Source of the DNA: Xylographa opegraphella
Lineage: Eukaryota
Assembly: GCA_022813865.1 (NCBI GenBank)
Contig: JALDZX010000007.1
Location: forward strand, 620,001-656,032
Reading direction: 5' to 3'
Length of the DNA stretch: 36,032 nucleotides
In this document: piece by piece, positions 35,107-36,032 of the stretch
How positions within the stretch are numbered: position 1 is the stretch's first letter
Layout of the letters: each line of letters opens with the position of its first letter
Position numbers and translations under genes: made by a program
The notes under the pieces: model-generated
Told to the model about the DNA's origin: nothing
Database searches by the model: none
What the model saw: the letters and a program-made list of their open reading frames with translations, nothing else

Positions 35107-36032
35107 AATGGGCACCGGATAGTCGATACTCCCAAAAACGTGCGCAAAATACACACGAGGACATACGTACAGCGCAGTCTTTGAGCTGTCTTATGGTGGC
35201 GAGCAGGGCCGAATGTCGCAGGCTCACCTCGTGCGGAAACAAGAGCAGCGTGAGGAATGCATCAGCGTTCGAAGGATTTAGGTTAATAATGTCTGGCCAC
35301 GAGCGGGAAGCACATCGGGACGTTGGGAGCTGATCATGCGTGGGAGTGCAGCATGGCTCGCCCTCACACTTGCATGTTAACAGCCGCTCTTAATACGCGA
35401 TAGGGCCTATCCGGTGCGGGCACGAAGTCGTTGGTCTTCTTCAACGCCAACGTAAGTTTGCCGGCGTTGTTTGCATAAGCGGCGTGACAAGGTCCTTGGT
35501 GTGGTAGAAAGTGCGAGTGATTGGCTGGGTTGAAAGGTCTCCCGATCAGCTGGCGCAATGCTTTGAACTTTGATAGGCTCGTATATTCCAATAGCACAGT
35601 TCCAACGATGCACTGTCAGCTTAGGAACATGCCATAATCATGCAACCGCTGGCCGGCGAGGCTGTGTAAAGGCTATCGAACTCTTATGCTTGAAAAGTGT
35701 TGTGGAGAATACGCCGCTCCAGTCGTTTGATTGTCAATGCTGGTGCTGTACGCTTGCCGTTCTCTTGCTGGTGCTGTGCACTTGCCATTCCTTCGTTCCT
35801 GGTCACCGTAATGCAGGACCAACTGACTTACTGTCCGAAAAGGTGCCACGAAAATTCTTCCGCTGTAAAGAATACCTACCTGGCAAGCGTGCTCCCGAAG
35901 ATCAGATTGTTTTACAAGCGACAAGTGTCGCGTATCTCATGCTAAAACAGCGAATTCCTTGGCTGATCCAGTGTTAAGGTTCTGGCCAATACTGTGTGGA
36001 ACAAGGATCGGAGGAACTATAGTCCGGATGCC

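Noticed and set aside
35107..36032. ORFs at the right end of the window
   Set aside because: Mostly non-ATG and motif-free; likely upstream region of the PTH11-like gene.

Overview
Gene-dense eukaryotic DNA from a filamentous ascomycete (Pezizomycotina, inferred from short GT-AG introns with CTRAC branch points and typical fungal gene families). I modelled 14 protein-coding genes by hand: NFKBIL1-like, NSRP1/CCDC55, PKA catalytic subunit, ZIP/Zrt3-like transporter, Nuc1/EndoG, a lone cytochrome P450, FHIP/FAM160, NC2-alpha, an unrecognised 3-exon gene, Tim23, a HET-domain protein, THADA/Trm732, an annexin and a PTH11-like membrane protein. The standout signal is non-coding. Positions ~18677-19281 (+) carry, in the expected order, a TAACCCTAA telomere template, a core-enclosing helix, a U-rich/A-rich pseudoknot, a CR4/5-like three-way junction and a terminal intron-like unit with a non-canonical ACAAGT 5' splice site. 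Together these make a candidate telomerase RNA of about 0.55 kb, unusually compact, sitting against the NC2-alpha start codon. All exon boundaries and RNA pairings were read by eye and are unverified by computation.
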